A stretch of 16,327 bases of DNA from positions 1 to 16,327 of the IMG/VR virus record IMGVR_UViG_2609459850_000004; one strand, written 5' to 3'. The stretch's first letter is position 1. Each line of letters begins with the position of its first letter. The stretch comes from a virus. Lineage: Duplodnaviria; Heunggongvirae; Uroviricota; Caudoviricetes. Both the position numbers and the translations under genes were made by a program. Positions 14,697 to 16,327 of the stretch are shown in pieces. The notes under the pieces are model-generated. The model worked only from the letters and a program-made list of their open reading frames with translations, was not told the DNA's origin and did no database searches.

Positions 14697-15565
14697 GCTC
14701 AATTCCTGCGCAGTTGACGCGCCGCAGCTGCACCCCGTTGGGGATGCACTTTGCGTGTCGTGTTTGGATCTGGTGTCGCTCTCCCCGGTGCGTGGTTTGC
14801 ACCTGCCGGATCTCCAGCTAAAAAAGCCCGGAGGGAAATGGGGGCAGTTTCCAGTGCTGGCGGGGGTTGGCGGGTGGTTTATGCACGGTGGATCGTGGTT
14901 GGCACCGTGCATTGGTGTTTGGCGGCAATCGCCGCGCCTACCGGTTTGCCAAATCCTGCCCCAACTTTCAGGGGGTACAGGGGCTTAAATGGGGTGCTGT
15001 CGTGTCGTTGGGTTGGTTCGGGGTTGAGGCGCTTAGAATGGCTCTGGTGCGTTCTGGTGGGGGCGTGCTTTCTAACCGGTAGGGGCGCAGCTGTCGCCGC
15101 GCTCCTGGTTGGGGTTAGCGCCAGCGTTCGAGCCGGTACCTGACAGTGATCCCGTTCTTCGACATGGTGTGGACGTAGTCCGGGTTTTTCAGCGTGAGGT
15201 CGATCGCCTTGGTGCGGTGCGTCTTGTATTTGTACCGGGCTTCCTCGGGGAAGTTCTCGCCTGTGACCATCTCATCCCATGACTCTGTTCACAGCGTATG
15301 CCATGCCGAGCGTACTGCGGAAGACAACGCCACGCTGTTGAAGCAAGTCAGCTTCTTAGACAAGCGTGTGACTGTATTGTCGGAGCAGCTGAAGCAGTTC
15401 GGGAACCTCTACAAGCAGAACAGGAGTTAAGACGGCAGAAGAACGAGAACGCTCAAGAGCTGACAAAGTCGGCACCAAAAATCGCCCCTGTGGCATTCAA
15501 GAAGAGATCAGGCCCTGATTATGGGCCTAGCATGTAATGCCAGGATGAATTGCTCTCTGTGCCTT

Positions 15566-15973
15566 TTACAATTCATCTTTTTGTAAAAAACTAAGAAATA
15601 CAGGCAAAATTTCTTCTTGCATGAAAGCTGCTTCCATTTGAGTTGTCGGTAAGGAAGCCGCTCTTTGAGCGAGTTTCAAACAAACTATTTTTAACGCACC
15701 CAAACAATCTTCTCCTTGAATAACAAGGCTATTTTCAGAAGAATAATTTTTCATGAAAGTTAGGGTTGAATGCAATGCCACTGCTTCTGGCATAAGCCGT
15801 TTCCCTTTGTGTTTTGCAAAAACATCGGGCATGGCACGGTACTGATTTATTATTATGACGTGCGCTAAATCAGGCACTTGTAGTTTAAAAAGATTAGGTA
15901 AAAGGCGAAGCTCAGTATCAACAATGGTTTCCACTTTAGAAATATAAAAAATTTCAGCAATGCCACTGAACAT
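15566..15973 (-). CDS. Hypothetical protein (135 aa), low GC
   Basis: ATG at 15973 with GGAGG RBS at 5-nt spacing; 27 nt downstream of the preceding gene on the same strand (operon-like). No motif recognised. Confidence 0.55.
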   Translation of the reverse strand: MFSGIAEIFYISKVETIVDTELRLLPNLFKLQVPDLAHVIIINQYRAMPDVFAKHKGKRLMPEAVALHSTLTFMKNYSSENSLVIQGEDCLGALKIVCLKLAQRAASLPTTQMEAAFMQEEILPVFLSFLQKDEL

Positions 15974-16000
15974 ATCGCCCTCCGGTTACAGTCAAAACTA

Positions 16001-16327
16001 TCAGTATTTACCACCTTGAATAACGCTTAAACCGTTTGATAGAGCCTTTTTATGATTACTTACCGTGCCTTTCCAGCCAAACTGCGGATTCAAGCGGTAG
16101 GTTTTGCTACGCCCGATTTTAGGACCCTCTAAAATAATTCCAAACTCAATGAGGTTTTTCACGGCACGGCTGACATGGGGTTTTTGCATGTTTAAAGCAT
16201 CAGCAATGTCTATCTGCGCTACCTGAATATAATTTTCATAATCAAGTTCAGCTAAAAGAGCCATTAAAACGCGCATTTGATCATGATTTAGTTCATTGGC
16301 GATAGTGATTAGTGCTGCTTGATTCAT
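16001..16327 (-). CDS. Putative winged-helix DNA-binding protein (regulator or replication-associated)
   Basis: 108 aa; start codon is the last three bases of the window. Central segment QIDIADALNMQKPHVSRAVKNLIEFGIILEG has an HTH-like pattern. Family not identified. Confidence 0.5.
   Translation of the reverse strand: MNQAALITIANELNHDQMRVLMALLAELDYENYIQVAQIDIADALNMQKPHVSRAVKNLIEFGIILEGPKIGRSKTYRLNPQFGWKGTVSNHKKALSNGLSVIQGGKY

Noticed and set aside
9265-15114. Antibiotic-resistance cargo next to IS26
   Set aside because: None of the adjacent ORFs resembles a resistance determinant I can recognise (no beta-lactamase, aminoglycoside-modifying, sul, tet or integron signatures).
14751-15143. 130-aa plus-strand ORF in the G-rich region
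   Set aside because: TTG start without an RBS and a Trp/Gly/Arg-rich translation driven by G+T-rich sequence. Treated as non-coding, although a small membrane protein cannot be fully excluded.
2133-16327. Second copy of the argW 3' end (attR) within the window
   Set aside because: Scanning by eye for TTCGATTCCTGCAGGGGACACCA-like sequence found no second copy; the island boundary is probably outside the window, or the repeat is degenerate.

Overview
This window reads as an Escherichia coli-type chromosomal segment (mlaA - yfdC - tRNA-Arg argW) followed by a mosaic island integrated at argW. The island has four parts: (1) a P4-family tyrosine integrase (IntS-like) next to the tRNA; (2) a truncated Mu/P2-type phage baseplate and tail-fibre block on the minus strand (V-W-J-I-fibre-Tfa order, translationally coupled), with a relic of a second, convergent tail-fibre-assembly gene; (3) an AT-rich pair of unknown cargo genes (a DUF4236-like membrane protein and a lipoprotein); (4) a complete 820-bp IS26 with perfect 14-bp inverted repeats but no target-site duplication, sitting exactly where AT-rich DNA meets a high-GC module. 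The high-GC module (about 10129-15114) is the most interesting part: a Toprim-like protein, a small unknown protein, a ribbon-helix-helix protein with a recombinase-like tail, an unrecognised 519-aa protein, then two opposed arrays of the heptamer TGGAACC/GGTTCCA at 11-bp spacing around an AT-rich spacer, then about 400 bp of G-run-rich apparently non-coding DNA. I interpret this as a captured replicon or partition-type module, but the proteins are not ones I can name, so it is the best candidate here for an undescribed system. The window ends in a low-GC two-gene operon (winged-helix protein plus unknown). No CRISPR array, rRNA or recognisable resistance gene was seen. All family assignments are from reading the translations by eye; GC statements are visual estimates, not computed.
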